From a virus (Duplodnaviria > Caudoviricetes): a DNA stretch of 62,560 nucleotides. The notes under the pieces are model-generated. The model had not been told where the DNA came from. It worked only from the letters and a program-made list of their open reading frames with translations, and ran no database searches. This document shows, piece after piece, positions 8,966 to 17,972 of the stretch (the stretch's first letter is position 1; every line of letters begins with the position of its first letter). The stretch is from positions 1 to 62,560 of the IMG/VR virus record IMGVR_UViG_3300011442_000003; one strand, 5' to 3'. Both the position numbers and the translations under genes were made by a program.

Positions 8966-8994
8966 TTGACAGGTTATGTAACCCGTGATATAGT
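8966..8994 (+). promoter_or_regulatory. Sigma70-like promoter
   Basis: TTGACA-17 nt-TATAGT with AT-rich upstream; spacer holds GGTTA-TG-TAACC. Confidence 0.75.
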
Positions 8995-9021
8995 GTCACG
9001 GACAATCGAGAGAGGTACGGT

Positions 9022-9210
9022 ATGCCAGATAATTTCAAGCCTGCCCGCATCGTCAGGTTCGTCGCGGCCAACGATCTCTACCCCGGCCATATCTGCGAGT
9101 TCGACAAGGAGAAGAACATCCTTCGCATCAACCGCGAGATATACAGCGCGCTGACCGAGCGCCAAAAAACCAAGGTGTTCCGATCCAACGAGACCATCGC
9201 TTCCTTCTGA
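9022..9210 (+). CDS. Hypothetical protein
   Basis: GAGAGG SD; directly downstream of the promoter. Confidence 0.6.
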   Translation: MPDNFKPARIVRFVAANDLYPGHICEFDKEKNILRINREIYSALTERQKTKVFRSNETIASF

Positions 9211-9231
9211 CCAGATAACCAGCGAGGTAAC

Positions 9232-10002
9232 ATGCCGACCTTCTATGTCGCTCAGTCGGTCCGACGGGACTTCGAAGCCATCCTTGAGAAGCTCGACCGC
9301 GCCCGCAAAGACGAGACGCGGCTCAAGCTGATCGTGCAGGCCGACAACTTCCTACGAGTGCACGGCTACGGCTGGGACGCCGTCAAGCTGCGCCCCGACA
9401 AACACTACAAGCCGGTGTTGCCGCCGCCGCGACAGGTACACGGGCTGACCCCTGACGCGCCCCGCGTGAATGGTGCGGCTCCCACCCCGGCACCCACTGC
9501 CGCGCCGACGCCGCTGCGAAATATCTCGCAGGCTGCCGTCGACAAAGAGACCCAGCGGTTCACTATGTCCAAGGAGGGCCGCAACAACCTGCGCGCCGCC
9601 CTGCGGCTCCATCCCAATTATCCGATGTACCCGCTGGCACAAGTCAAGACCGTCGAAAGTTGGAACAAGGCGCAGATGGTGCAGGCGGCGCTGGAGTTCG
9701 GCATCGATCTGCAGCGCATGTTCGAAACTACCATGGTGGTTATCCCGGTGCAGCCCGGCGCGCAGTTGGACATCGAAGATGCGATTGCTGCAGCCAAGGC
9801 GAAGATCCCCGTCAAGGTCGTCGAGCGGGTGATCGACACTAACGAGGACAGCATCGAGTACAAGCGATACGCCGTCGAGCTATCCGAGCGCGCCAGCCTC
9901 GACGAGATCGAGCGCAAGTACTTTCGCTTCCTCGGCAAGCTCAACCGGACGCTCGATGCGTCGGAGTTCGACCGGATCGCGGAGGTCTACACGAGACCGT
10001 AG
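9232..10002 (+). CDS. Hypothetical protein
   Basis: 256-aa ORF; motif/SD at 9216. Confidence 0.7.
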   Translation: MPTFYVAQSVRRDFEAILEKLDRARKDETRLKLIVQADNFLRVHGYGWDAVKLRPDKHYKPVLPPPRQVHGLTPDAPRVNGAAPTPAPTAAPTPLRNISQAAVDKETQRFTMSKEGRNNLRAALRLHPNYPMYPLAQVKTVESWNKAQMVQAALEFGIDLQRMFETTMVVIPVQPGAQLDIEDAIAAAKAKIPVKVVERVIDTNEDSIEYKRYAVELSERASLDEIERKYFRFLGKLNRTLDASEFDRIAEVYTRP

Positions 10003-10046
10003 GGTCTCCAATAATACTTTAACCAGATAACCAACGAGGTAAGACA

Positions 10047-10886
10047 ATGGCGAGACGCAGAAAATCATGGGCTGATCCCCCCACCAAGACAGTGTTCGGC
10101 ACCGCCACCAGCGGCATCAAGCTGGCGATCAACACGATGGCCCGACAGGTGGTGTCGCGCTTCAGGCCCGCCCCCCTGCCGACGGTCGAGGCCCTGAAGA
10201 TGGTCATACATCCCGACGACATAGATCTGCTGCGCCGGGTGCGCGGGCTGATGACGCTCCAGCAGCAGGGACACTCCACCGACTACATGCTGAAGTTCGA
10301 CGACGACAAGGGTGCGTGGGCGGGTGCCGCACGTATACGCCTTCGCGTCGAGGCCAGCGATCCCGATCAGGCAGCGCCGCCTGACTACTGCGCGGCGAGC
10401 TACTTCGAAAAGGCGCTGGGCAAGAGCTACCACAAGGGTAACCTGCTGCCGACGGCGAGCTTCGAACACACGATGGCGCTGGAGCATGGCGTTAGGGATT
10501 ATCTGGAGGTCGCCCACGACTGGGCGCTGGTCGAGGCGCTGTTCAATCACTTCGACAGCAAGCCCGAAGTCTACAAACGTTCCAACGTCAGGTTCCTCTG
10601 GTCGGGCATCATGCCCCTTCTCAGGCACGGCGGCGAAAGCTGCCAGAACGCGGCGATCCTGCTTGCGCAGGTGAAGGAGAGCGGCTGGTGCCACACACCA
10701 CCCGAGATCTTCCCGGCGCTCAAGCACGCCAACGAGGTCATCGCGCGGGGTCAACTCCTGATCGATCAGACGGGCTCGACGGCAATGCCGCCCGCCATCG
10801 TGGGCTACGCAATGCCCCATGTGCTGTGCAGCGAGTACAGCCATCCACAGTGGCCGCTGGCTAAGCTCACGCCCAAGCTGGCGTGA
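10047..10886 (+). CDS. Hypothetical protein
   Basis: 279-aa ORF; motif/SD at 10028. Confidence 0.7.
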   Translation: MARRRKSWADPPTKTVFGTATSGIKLAINTMARQVVSRFRPAPLPTVEALKMVIHPDDIDLLRRVRGLMTLQQQGHSTDYMLKFDDDKGAWAGAARIRLRVEASDPDQAAPPDYCAASYFEKALGKSYHKGNLLPTASFEHTMALEHGVRDYLEVAHDWALVEALFNHFDSKPEVYKRSNVRFLWSGIMPLLRHGGESCQNAAILLAQVKESGWCHTPPEIFPALKHANEVIARGQLLIDQTGSTAMPPAIVGYAMPHVLCSEYSHPQWPLAKLTPKLA

Positions 10887-10890
10887 CCCC

Positions 10891-10921
10891 AAAAAATAGG
10901 GCGGGGGATCTCCCCCCGCCC
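10891..10921. terminator. GC-rich hairpin with A-tract on its 5' side (terminator-like; T-tract on the - strand)
   Basis: AAAAAATA-GGGCGGGGG-ATCT-CCCCCCGCCC. Confidence 0.55.
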
Positions 10922-11072
10922 AGTCGTAACCAGATAACCAACCAACCGGCTGATCAAGCAACTCAGGTATCCATTTGGATACCAAATGTCAACTGGACCC
11001 CCAGCAGTAATTTTGTTACATCTACATAACCAGCGAAGTAACTCGCTAAATCAACAGCATAGGAGCCCCCTC

Positions 11073-11261
11073 ATGGCCGCAGGCAAGCATCTCAAGGCGT
11101 TCACTTTCTTCATGTCGAAGGAGGAACACAAGTTCGTCAAGGTCGTTGCGCAAAAGAAGAAGGTCTCGGCAGCGAAGGTCATGCGGACGCTCGTGCAGCG
11201 TCTCGCAAGCCAGCCCGCCAACAAGGATCTCGGCGCGAAGGTCCGCGAGCAGCAGATCTAA
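11073..11261 (+). CDS. Ribbon-helix-helix (Arc/CopG-like) DNA-binding protein
   Basis: LKAFTFFMSKEEHKFVKVVAQKKKVSAAKVMRTLV has a beta-alpha-alpha pattern; AGGAG SD. Confidence 0.6.
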   Translation: MAAGKHLKAFTFFMSKEEHKFVKVVAQKKKVSAAKVMRTLVQRLASQPANKDLGAKVREQQI

Positions 11262-11262
11262 C

Positions 11263-11703
11263 ATGCCTCGCGAAATGCACGGCCTGTCCCACGTCAACGG
11301 CAAGCGTACCAAGCTGAACCGGACGTGGCTCAACATCCGCAACCGATGCAATAACCCCCGTGGGCAGGACTATGCTTACTACGGTGGTAAGGGCATCAGG
11401 GTGTGTGCGCGGTGGGACAGGTTCGTGCATTTCGTCGCGGACATGGGAGAGCCGCCATCGCCCGACCACACCGTCGAGCGGCGCGACACCAACGGCGACT
11501 ACGAACCGGGCAACTGCTTCTGGGCAACACGCCAAACGCAAGCGCGCAACAGGCCGGGTTATAACACCATGACGAAGGCGAAGGCCGACCAGATGCGGAC
11601 GCTCTATATCAGGGGCGTGACACGGCAAGTCGACCTTGCCGAGCAATTTGGATGCACCCAAGGTATGGTCAGCCAGATCATTCGGGGGGTCACATGGGCC
11701 TAG
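11263..11703 (+). CDS. HNH homing-endonuclease-like protein with C-terminal HTH
   Basis: W-x-NIRNRC-x-NP...YGGKGIRVC-x-RW...FVADMG...HTVERRDTNGDYEPGNCFWAT...QARN; RQVDLAEQFGCTQGMVSQI. Confidence 0.85.
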   Translation: MPREMHGLSHVNGKRTKLNRTWLNIRNRCNNPRGQDYAYYGGKGIRVCARWDRFVHFVADMGEPPSPDHTVERRDTNGDYEPGNCFWATRQTQARNRPGYNTMTKAKADQMRTLYIRGVTRQVDLAEQFGCTQGMVSQIIRGVTWA

Positions 11704-13568
11704 TGCTGGGGTTTGACGCAGAGACGTATTACTCGACGGCGCTGAAGTACTCGCTGAAGAAAATGAATATGATAGAATATATCTGTGACCCTCGTTTCGA
11801 GGTGATCGGCGCTGCCTTTCGAGAAAATCACGACGAGCCATATTGGATCGACGGCCCTGATATGGCGCGCCATCTTCAAAGTTTCGACTGGGCTAACACT
11901 ACAGTCGTCGGCCATAATTTACAATTCGATGCTTCGATCCTAAGCTGGGTTTACGGTATACATCCCAAGCTGTGGTTCTGCACGCTCGCCGCCGCGCGCA
12001 CCCTATGGCAGCACAAGTTCAAGTACCTGTCCCTCGCCAAGCTTGCCGAAAGCTTCGGCTTCCCGGCCAAGGGCACCACCGTGGTCAAGGTGGATGGTAT
12101 GACGCGGCAGATGATCATCGATGCCGGGCTCTACGACGAGTACGTCGACTACTGTCTGCACGACGTTACCTTGTCGGTAATGCTCTACGAGCTTCAGAAG
12201 GATCACATACCAGTTCGGGAGATGGTCCTCGCTGATAGTGTGTTGCGGCTCACCACCGAGCCACGTCTCACGCTCAACTACACGAAACTCGGGGCGCACC
12301 TGTTGGAAGTTAAAGCATCCAAGGAACAATCCATGGCGCTGGCGATGTTCGCGGGCATCAACGGCAAGGACGACCTGATGTCCAACGACCGGTTCGCGCA
12401 GGCCCTCATGAACTTGGGCGTAGATCCCCCTCGCAAGATCAGCGTTACAACAGGTAAGCGCACGTGGGCGTTTGCGAAGTCCGATCCCGACTTCAAGGAG
12501 TTGGCTAACCACGAAAATAACCACGTTCAGAACCTCGTCGCGGCAAGGTTGGGTCACAAGTCTACGCTCGATGAAACTCGTGCAGAACGCCTTATCAAGA
12601 CGGCGGGGTTCGACTTCCCACAATGGGGCATGCACATACTGCCGGTCCCCTTGAAGGTCTCTGGCGCGCACACGCACCGACTTAGTGGCGATGCTGGGTT
12701 AAATCTTCAGAACCTCCGACGTGGCGGTCTCCTCAGGGAAGCCATCGAGGCACCCGAGGGCTATAAGATCGTGGCGGGGGATTTGTCCCAGATTGAGGCG
12801 CGCATGAACGCGGTGTTCTGCGGTCAGCTAGATTTGATCGAGCAGTTCAGGACCGGCCAAGATCCCTACTCGATCATGGCATCGAGGGTGTTCGGTCGCA
12901 CGATCACCAAGGCCAACGTGGGCGAGCGTTTCATAGGTAAGAAGCTGGTGCTGAGCGCGGGCTACGGGGTGGGTCACGTCAAGTACCACGCGACCTTGCG
13001 GCACGACAGCATGGAGCAGCTAGGCGAGATGCTCGACATCGACATTGCCGAGGCGCAGCGCCAGATATTGGCCTACCGCGCGATCAATTCAAACATCGCT
13101 CACATGTGGGCCAAGCTGGGGAACATCATCCCCGAAATGACCAGTGTTCATACCAACTTTCAGTTGGGGCCGGTCGTGTTCCAGCACGAGGCAATCCGGT
13201 TACCATCGGGGTTACATCTCCACTACCATAACCTGCGGCTTGACCACGTCTCCAACAACTGGCTCTACGACTACGCGGGTCGACCCAAGCGTATTTATGG
13301 CCCCAAGCTGCTGGAGAATATCATCCAAGCTCTGGCGCGCATCGTGATCATGGATGCGATGGTCTCTTTGCGACGCGAGCTTATCGGGTTCGACGCGCAC
13401 TGGGTTCATCAGGTCCACGACGAGCTTGTTTACCTAGTTAATGATCACTACGTGGACGTATTCAAAGAGCGTCTCCAGCGTGCGCTGACCACGCCGCCAG
13501 CGTGGATGCCGACGCTTCCGCTGGCCTGTGAAATAGGTGTCGGGTCCAACTACGGTGAGTGCAAATGA
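11694..13568 (+). CDS. DNA polymerase family A with 3'-5' exonuclease
   Basis: ExoI FDAETY, ExoII GHNLQFD, ExoIII YCLHD; motif A GDLSQIEAR, motif B RFIGKKLVLSAGYG, motif C VHDELV. Confidence 0.93.
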   Translation: MGLVLGFDAETYYSTALKYSLKKMNMIEYICDPRFEVIGAAFRENHDEPYWIDGPDMARHLQSFDWANTTVVGHNLQFDASILSWVYGIHPKLWFCTLAAARTLWQHKFKYLSLAKLAESFGFPAKGTTVVKVDGMTRQMIIDAGLYDEYVDYCLHDVTLSVMLYELQKDHIPVREMVLADSVLRLTTEPRLTLNYTKLGAHLLEVKASKEQSMALAMFAGINGKDDLMSNDRFAQALMNLGVDPPRKISVTTGKRTWAFAKSDPDFKELANHENNHVQNLVAARLGHKSTLDETRAERLIKTAGFDFPQWGMHILPVPLKVSGAHTHRLSGDAGLNLQNLRRGGLLREAIEAPEGYKIVAGDLSQIEARMNAVFCGQLDLIEQFRTGQDPYSIMASRVFGRTITKANVGERFIGKKLVLSAGYGVGHVKYHATLRHDSMEQLGEMLDIDIAEAQRQILAYRAINSNIAHMWAKLGNIIPEMTSVHTNFQLGPVVFQHEAIRLPSGLHLHYHNLRLDHVSNNWLYDYAGRPKRIYGPKLLENIIQALARIVIMDAMVSLRRELIGFDAHWVHQVHDELVYLVNDHYVDVFKERLQRALTTPPAWMPTLPLACEIGVGSNYGECK

Positions 13569-13789
13569 AAAAACGTGCCTTCCGTAGCATCAAGGCGATA
13601 GCCGACCAGTTCGGCTACTCGTTCGACGGCATGACGGGCAACCAGCATCTGCGCTGGGTTCACCCAACCAAGCCGATGGTGATCACGATCTCCAAGGAGA
13701 GCGATACCCGTTCGCTCAAAAATGTGACAGCCTGCTTCCGGCGTATCGCGTCTAACCAAGCTGGTAACGATGACCGGCGACCAATCTAA
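13565..13789 (+). CDS. HicA-like small protein
   Basis: Basic helix then GYSF...TGNQHLRWVHP...VITIS resembles the HicA fold. Confidence 0.5.
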   Translation: MKKRAFRSIKAIADQFGYSFDGMTGNQHLRWVHPTKPMVITISKESDTRSLKNVTACFRRIASNQAGNDDRRPI

Positions 13790-14174
13790 CTTCGAACTCG
13801 ATGACGAGGAACTGGTCAACACCACGACCATGGCGAACCCAACCGTGCTGCCGCTTACCACGCCGCCCAATCCTCGCCGGGGTGCGCCTCAGCGCCCGCC
13901 CGTCTCGGCTCCTACCATGGCGCGCGGCAAGGACTGGTTCGCGCGTGCCGGGGTAGAGCCGTTGCAGCTTCTCGTGATGCGCTTGCGCCGCGACTACAAC
14001 CCCGGTGCGATCATGGACTGGTCGCCGCTGGAGCATATCAACATCTATGTTGGCGACACTAAGGCTTACATAACCATCGTCAAGGACGACGCCGCCGTCG
14101 TGCTGGAAGATGATGCAAACCTCTACCCGTCTGATACACTGTTGGCTCAGCTTAAAACAATCATGGGCCTTTAG
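13770..14174 (+). CDS. Hypothetical protein
   Basis: Continuous + strand gene run. Confidence 0.65.
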   Translation: MTGDQSNFELDDEELVNTTTMANPTVLPLTTPPNPRRGAPQRPPVSAPTMARGKDWFARAGVEPLQLLVMRLRRDYNPGAIMDWSPLEHINIYVGDTKAYITIVKDDAAVVLEDDANLYPSDTLLAQLKTIMGL

Positions 14175-14179
14175 ATCAG

Positions 14180-14932
14180 GTGGGTAACATGTTCAACAAC
14201 GCCACAACGACTTACCAAGGTGGTAAGCCAGCAGCGAAGCCGTTCACGTGGAGCTACTCGCGCTTGAAGAACTTCAATACCTGCCCGAGCAGGTATAACC
14301 ACTACGATGTTCTCAAGGACGTGGTCGAGGAAAAGAGCGAAGCTCTGGTCTACGGCGACGAGGTCCATGCCGCCATGGCAAAGCGGATCTCACGGGGCAC
14401 CCCCCTGCCCCCTGCACTCGAAAGCTTCGAACCGCACGCTGCCAAGGTCTTGGAGGGATCGCTGCACAACCCCAACGTCAAGGTGCTGGTCGAGCGCAAG
14501 TACGCCATCCGCAAGGACTACACCCCCTGTGGATATTTCGACAAGGATGTCTGGTATCGCGCCGTTGCCGATGCCCTTCGCCTGCAAGGCGCGGTGGGCC
14601 TGTTGGTGGATTGGAAAACCGGCGGCCAGCCCAACAACGAGCGCAAGGTGCGCGAGATCATCCCCCAGCTTTGGCTCGCGAGCGCGAGCGTGTTCGCCCA
14701 TCACCCCGAGGTGCAGGCGCTGGTCGCCAAGTTCGTCTGGCTCGACCATCATGCTGAAACTACGCTCAAAATCTACCGCCACCAGATGAAATCCTTCTGG
14801 GAGCACATTCTCCCCGAGGTCGCCAAGCTGCAGGAGGCGCACGTGACCAACAGCTTCCCGCCCAAGCCGTCGGGCCTGTGTCGCGACTTCTGTGGCGTGC
14901 AGTCCTGCGAATACTACGGCGTCGGAGCTTAG
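14180..14932 (+). CDS. Cas4-like PD-(D/E)XK exonuclease
   Basis: WSYSRLKNFNTCP, G-x-x-x-H, VE, AVAD, VDWKTG, Q-x-x-L, C-terminal C-x3-C-x5-C. Confidence 0.85.
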   Translation: MGNMFNNATTTYQGGKPAAKPFTWSYSRLKNFNTCPSRYNHYDVLKDVVEEKSEALVYGDEVHAAMAKRISRGTPLPPALESFEPHAAKVLEGSLHNPNVKVLVERKYAIRKDYTPCGYFDKDVWYRAVADALRLQGAVGLLVDWKTGGQPNNERKVREIIPQLWLASASVFAHHPEVQALVAKFVWLDHHAETTLKIYRHQMKSFWEHILPEVAKLQEAHVTNSFPPKPSGLCRDFCGVQSCEYYGVGA

Positions 14933-14993
14933 TATCTGTTTAAGTAACCATATTGGTAATTCAAAAACCCCGTAAAACGAAAAAGCGAAAACC

Positions 14994-15197
14994 ATGAGCG
15001 AAAAAATCCGCGACGATCTGCTCGATCAGGTACTGCGCATGAAGGAAGAACGCGACTACTGGCGCGAACGGTGTGCACGTTACGAAGGGCACCACGCCAA
15101 GATGGAACACGCGGCTGCCGACATTAAGGGTCGCGTCGAGCAGTTTCTGGTGGTGCTGCAGATGGCACGACCCCAAGGCACGGAGCCACGCGCATGA
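14994..15197 (+). CDS. Hypothetical coiled-coil protein
   Basis: ORF coupled to the next gene (ATGA overlap). Confidence 0.55.
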   Translation: MSEKIRDDLLDQVLRMKEERDYWRERCARYEGHHAKMEHAAADIKGRVEQFLVVLQMARPQGTEPRA

Positions 15198-15454
15198 GCA
15201 GCGGCGATCATATCCAGTGGTGCAAGAACATCATGTCGATGCTGCGCGACAACGGCGTGTGGGGCGTGCCCAGATCGGGGCTGACCTTCACCAAGCGAGG
15301 CGACACGCTGGTGCTGACCAAACGCTCAGGCGTGCCACCCGACGTGAAGATCCTCGACTATGTGTGGTCGCGCCAGCAAGAGGAAGAATACAACGCCGTC
15401 AAGAAACACTTCGGCGCGGCAGGCTTCAAGGTCACCGACGAGACGCTCCAGTGA
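15194..15454 (+). CDS. Hypothetical protein
   Basis: GGAG SD; overlap coupling. Confidence 0.6.
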   Translation: MSSGDHIQWCKNIMSMLRDNGVWGVPRSGLTFTKRGDTLVLTKRSGVPPDVKILDYVWSRQQEEEYNAVKKHFGAAGFKVTDETLQ

Positions 15455-15545
15455 AAGCGATGATAACCGCCGTGCTTGGGCTAGTGATCTTGTCCATGCT
15501 GGTCGGAAGCATCTTCGTTCTGTGGGCCGTGGCGATGGACAAACT

Positions 15546-15836
15546 ATGACGCCCGAGGGGAGAGTTAAGTTAAAAGTTAAAATGTTGCTGGCGCTATACA
15601 GCAGCACGTGGGGCTACATGCCGGTGCCCTACGGCTACGGCAAACAGGCGCTCGACTTTATAATCTGCTTCCGGGGAAAGTTTCTAGCCATCGAGACCAA
15701 GGCACCCGGCGAGGATCTGACCGGCCCGCAGAGGTTATGCGCGGTGGAGATCTTGGAAGCGGGAGGTACGGTATTCGTTATCTCGGAGGAGGCGGGGTTA
15801 ATATCGCTGGCCCGCTGGTTGAAACTAAATAGTTAA
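15546..15836 (+). CDS. VRR-NUC nuclease
   Basis: MTPEGRVK...GYGKQALDFIIC...FLAIETKAPG...Q...GGTVFVI. Confidence 0.85.
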   Translation: MTPEGRVKLKVKMLLALYSSTWGYMPVPYGYGKQALDFIICFRGKFLAIETKAPGEDLTGPQRLCAVEILEAGGTVFVISEEAGLISLARWLKLNS

Positions 15837-15854
15837 ATAACCATATAGGTAACT

Positions 15855-17387
15855 ATGAGCCTCATGAACATGATCACGGCTGCGACCACGCCGCAGATCG
15901 CGCTTGCTTACGACAGCGAGGTGCAGAAGCTGTTCCCCGCTGCGCCTCTGGTCAACAACAAGATCCTCCTACCGCACGACGTGCTGACCACCAAGGTGCT
16001 GAGCAACATCGGCTACGATGTTCCCTCCAGCTTGACGCATTACAAATGGCCGAGCGACCGCGCGCCCTTCGAAGTGCAGGTCAAGACGGTGGAGATGCTG
16101 ATCCATCATCAACGTGCCTATGTCCTCTCGTCGATGGGCGTTGGTAAAACATCCTGTCCGATCTGGGCGTTCGATCTGCTCAAGAAGCAGGGCTACGCCA
16201 ACAAGATGATCGTGGTCGCGCCCCTCAGCACGCTCTCGTTCGTGTGGCTGCGCGAGATCTTTTACTCGGCACCCCACCTGAAAGCGGTTGTCCTCCACGG
16301 CTCCCGCGAGAAGCGTCGCGATCTGCTCAAGACCGACGCCGACATCTACATCATTAACCACGATGGTATACCCACCGTGATCGACATCCTGCTCAAGCGC
16401 ACCGACATCGACGTGATGGTGCTGGACGAGCTTGCCGTCTACCGCAACAACTCCAAGCGCACCCGGATGATGATCCATCTGGCGCAACATAAACCGACGG
16501 TCTGGGGAATGACGGGGGCTCCGACGCCTAACAGTCCGTGCGACGTTTACCAACAGGCAAAGATTATCACGCCAGATCGTGTGCCGAAGTACTTCGGCAG
16601 GTTCCGTGACGAGTTAATGCTCAAGGTCTCGCCCTTCAAATGGGTGGCTAAAAAGGATGCCACGCAGAAGGCGTTCGATGCTCTGCAGCCGAGCGTTCGC
16701 TTCGTACTGGAGGACGTAACCGAGCTTCCGCCCTACGTCTCGCGACGGATCGACATCCCGATGGGCAAGAAACAGGCGCACGTCTATGAGGAGATGCGCA
16801 AGCACGCGTTCAGCTTGGTCGGGCAACATAAAATCACGGCGGCGAACGCGGGCGCGGTCCTGAGCAAGCTTCTGCAGATCTCCTCGGGCTGGGTGTACTC
16901 CAAAGCCAAGGGCATCGTCGCTCTCGACAACGACGGGCGGGTTACCACAGTGGTAGACTTGGTCGAGGCAAGCGACAGCAAGCTGATCGTGTTTGCCGCG
17001 TTCAAGAGCGCGCTCGACGGTCTCTCCAAGGCGCTGACGGCTGCGGACTACGACAACATCATCGTGTCGGGCGACACGCCTGCTCACGAACGGGACCGGA
17101 TTTTCCACGCCTTCCAGAACACGCTCCAATACAAGGTGCTGGTCGCGCATCCACAATGCCTTGCCCATGGCATAACCCTGACCCGCGCCAACACCGTGGT
17201 GTGGTTCACCCCAATTACCAGCTTGGAGATCTACGATCAGGCCAACGCACGCATCCGTCGCGTCGGGCAGGCGACCAAGCAGCAGTTTATCCATCTCCAG
17301 TCGAGCAAGACCGAAGATAAGATCTATGGCCTGCTGATCAACAAAGGAGATATTCAGTCCCAACTGCTAACCATGTTTGAGAGCTAG
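15855..17387 (+). CDS. SNF2-family helicase
   Basis: MGVGKT, VVAPLS, LDEL, MTGAP, KLLQI, HGITL, QANARIRRVGQ. Confidence 0.9.
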   Translation: MSLMNMITAATTPQIALAYDSEVQKLFPAAPLVNNKILLPHDVLTTKVLSNIGYDVPSSLTHYKWPSDRAPFEVQVKTVEMLIHHQRAYVLSSMGVGKTSCPIWAFDLLKKQGYANKMIVVAPLSTLSFVWLREIFYSAPHLKAVVLHGSREKRRDLLKTDADIYIINHDGIPTVIDILLKRTDIDVMVLDELAVYRNNSKRTRMMIHLAQHKPTVWGMTGAPTPNSPCDVYQQAKIITPDRVPKYFGRFRDELMLKVSPFKWVAKKDATQKAFDALQPSVRFVLEDVTELPPYVSRRIDIPMGKKQAHVYEEMRKHAFSLVGQHKITAANAGAVLSKLLQISSGWVYSKAKGIVALDNDGRVTTVVDLVEASDSKLIVFAAFKSALDGLSKALTAADYDNIIVSGDTPAHERDRIFHAFQNTLQYKVLVAHPQCLAHGITLTRANTVVWFTPITSLEIYDQANARIRRVGQATKQQFIHLQSSKTEDKIYGLLINKGDIQSQLLTMFES

Positions 17388-17515
17388 TGTTCGAAAGTTA
17401 AAGATGTTTAACTAGTTCAACTAAGTGCTTGACAATCCTATGTAGTTGTGCCACAAGAGCCGACCCACCAGCAATAGGTGGGACCTACCAGATGACCGTA
17501 ACCAACGAGGTAACA

Positions 17516-17911
17516 ATGGCTGATCAAGCCGAAGATCTCAACCGCCTTGTCGGCAAGCGCATCGCGCTGCGGGACAAGATCAAGGCGCTGAACGATGCCC
17601 ACAAGGCAGCGATGAAGCCCTACAACGAAGCCGCCGACAAGTTCGACGCCCTGCTTCTCGCACGCATCGACGAGCTTGGTGTCAAGAGCGTCGCCACCGA
17701 GGCAGGCACGATCTTCCCCCTTGAGCGATGGACGGCGTCGGCAGAGGATGCCGAGAAGTTTCGTCAGTATCTGATCGACATGGAGGAGTGGGACCTCGCT
17801 GACATCAAGCCCAACGTCACCGCGACCCGCGAGTACCTTGAGAAGAACAAGATGCTGCCGCCCGGCGTCAAGACCAGCGTGTTCCGCGACCTCGGCCTGA
17901 GGCGTTCGTAG
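17516..17911 (+). CDS. Conserved replication-module hypothetical protein
   Basis: Motif/SD at 17499; coiled-coil then SVATEAGT...LPPGV; between helicase and SSB. Confidence 0.7.
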   Translation: MADQAEDLNRLVGKRIALRDKIKALNDAHKAAMKPYNEAADKFDALLLARIDELGVKSVATEAGTIFPLERWTASAEDAEKFRQYLIDMEEWDLADIKPNVTATREYLEKNKMLPPGVKTSVFRDLGLRRS

Positions 17912-17972
17912 CGTGTAAACGCCAGCCGCAACAACATAACTAGTAACATAACCAGAAAGGTAACTTCACCCC

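Noticed and set aside
2028-10042. TAACCAGTGAGGTAAC copies as a CRISPR array
   Set aside because: Copies are only ~16 bp, irregularly spaced by whole genes, and there is no cas operon
11263-11703. HNH gene as part of a group I intron in the polymerase
   Set aside because: It lies upstream of an intact polymerase ORF, so it is free-standing
14180-14932. Cas4-like gene as part of a CRISPR-Cas system
   Set aside because: Stand-alone Cas4-like nucleases are routine in phage replication modules; no array or other cas genes
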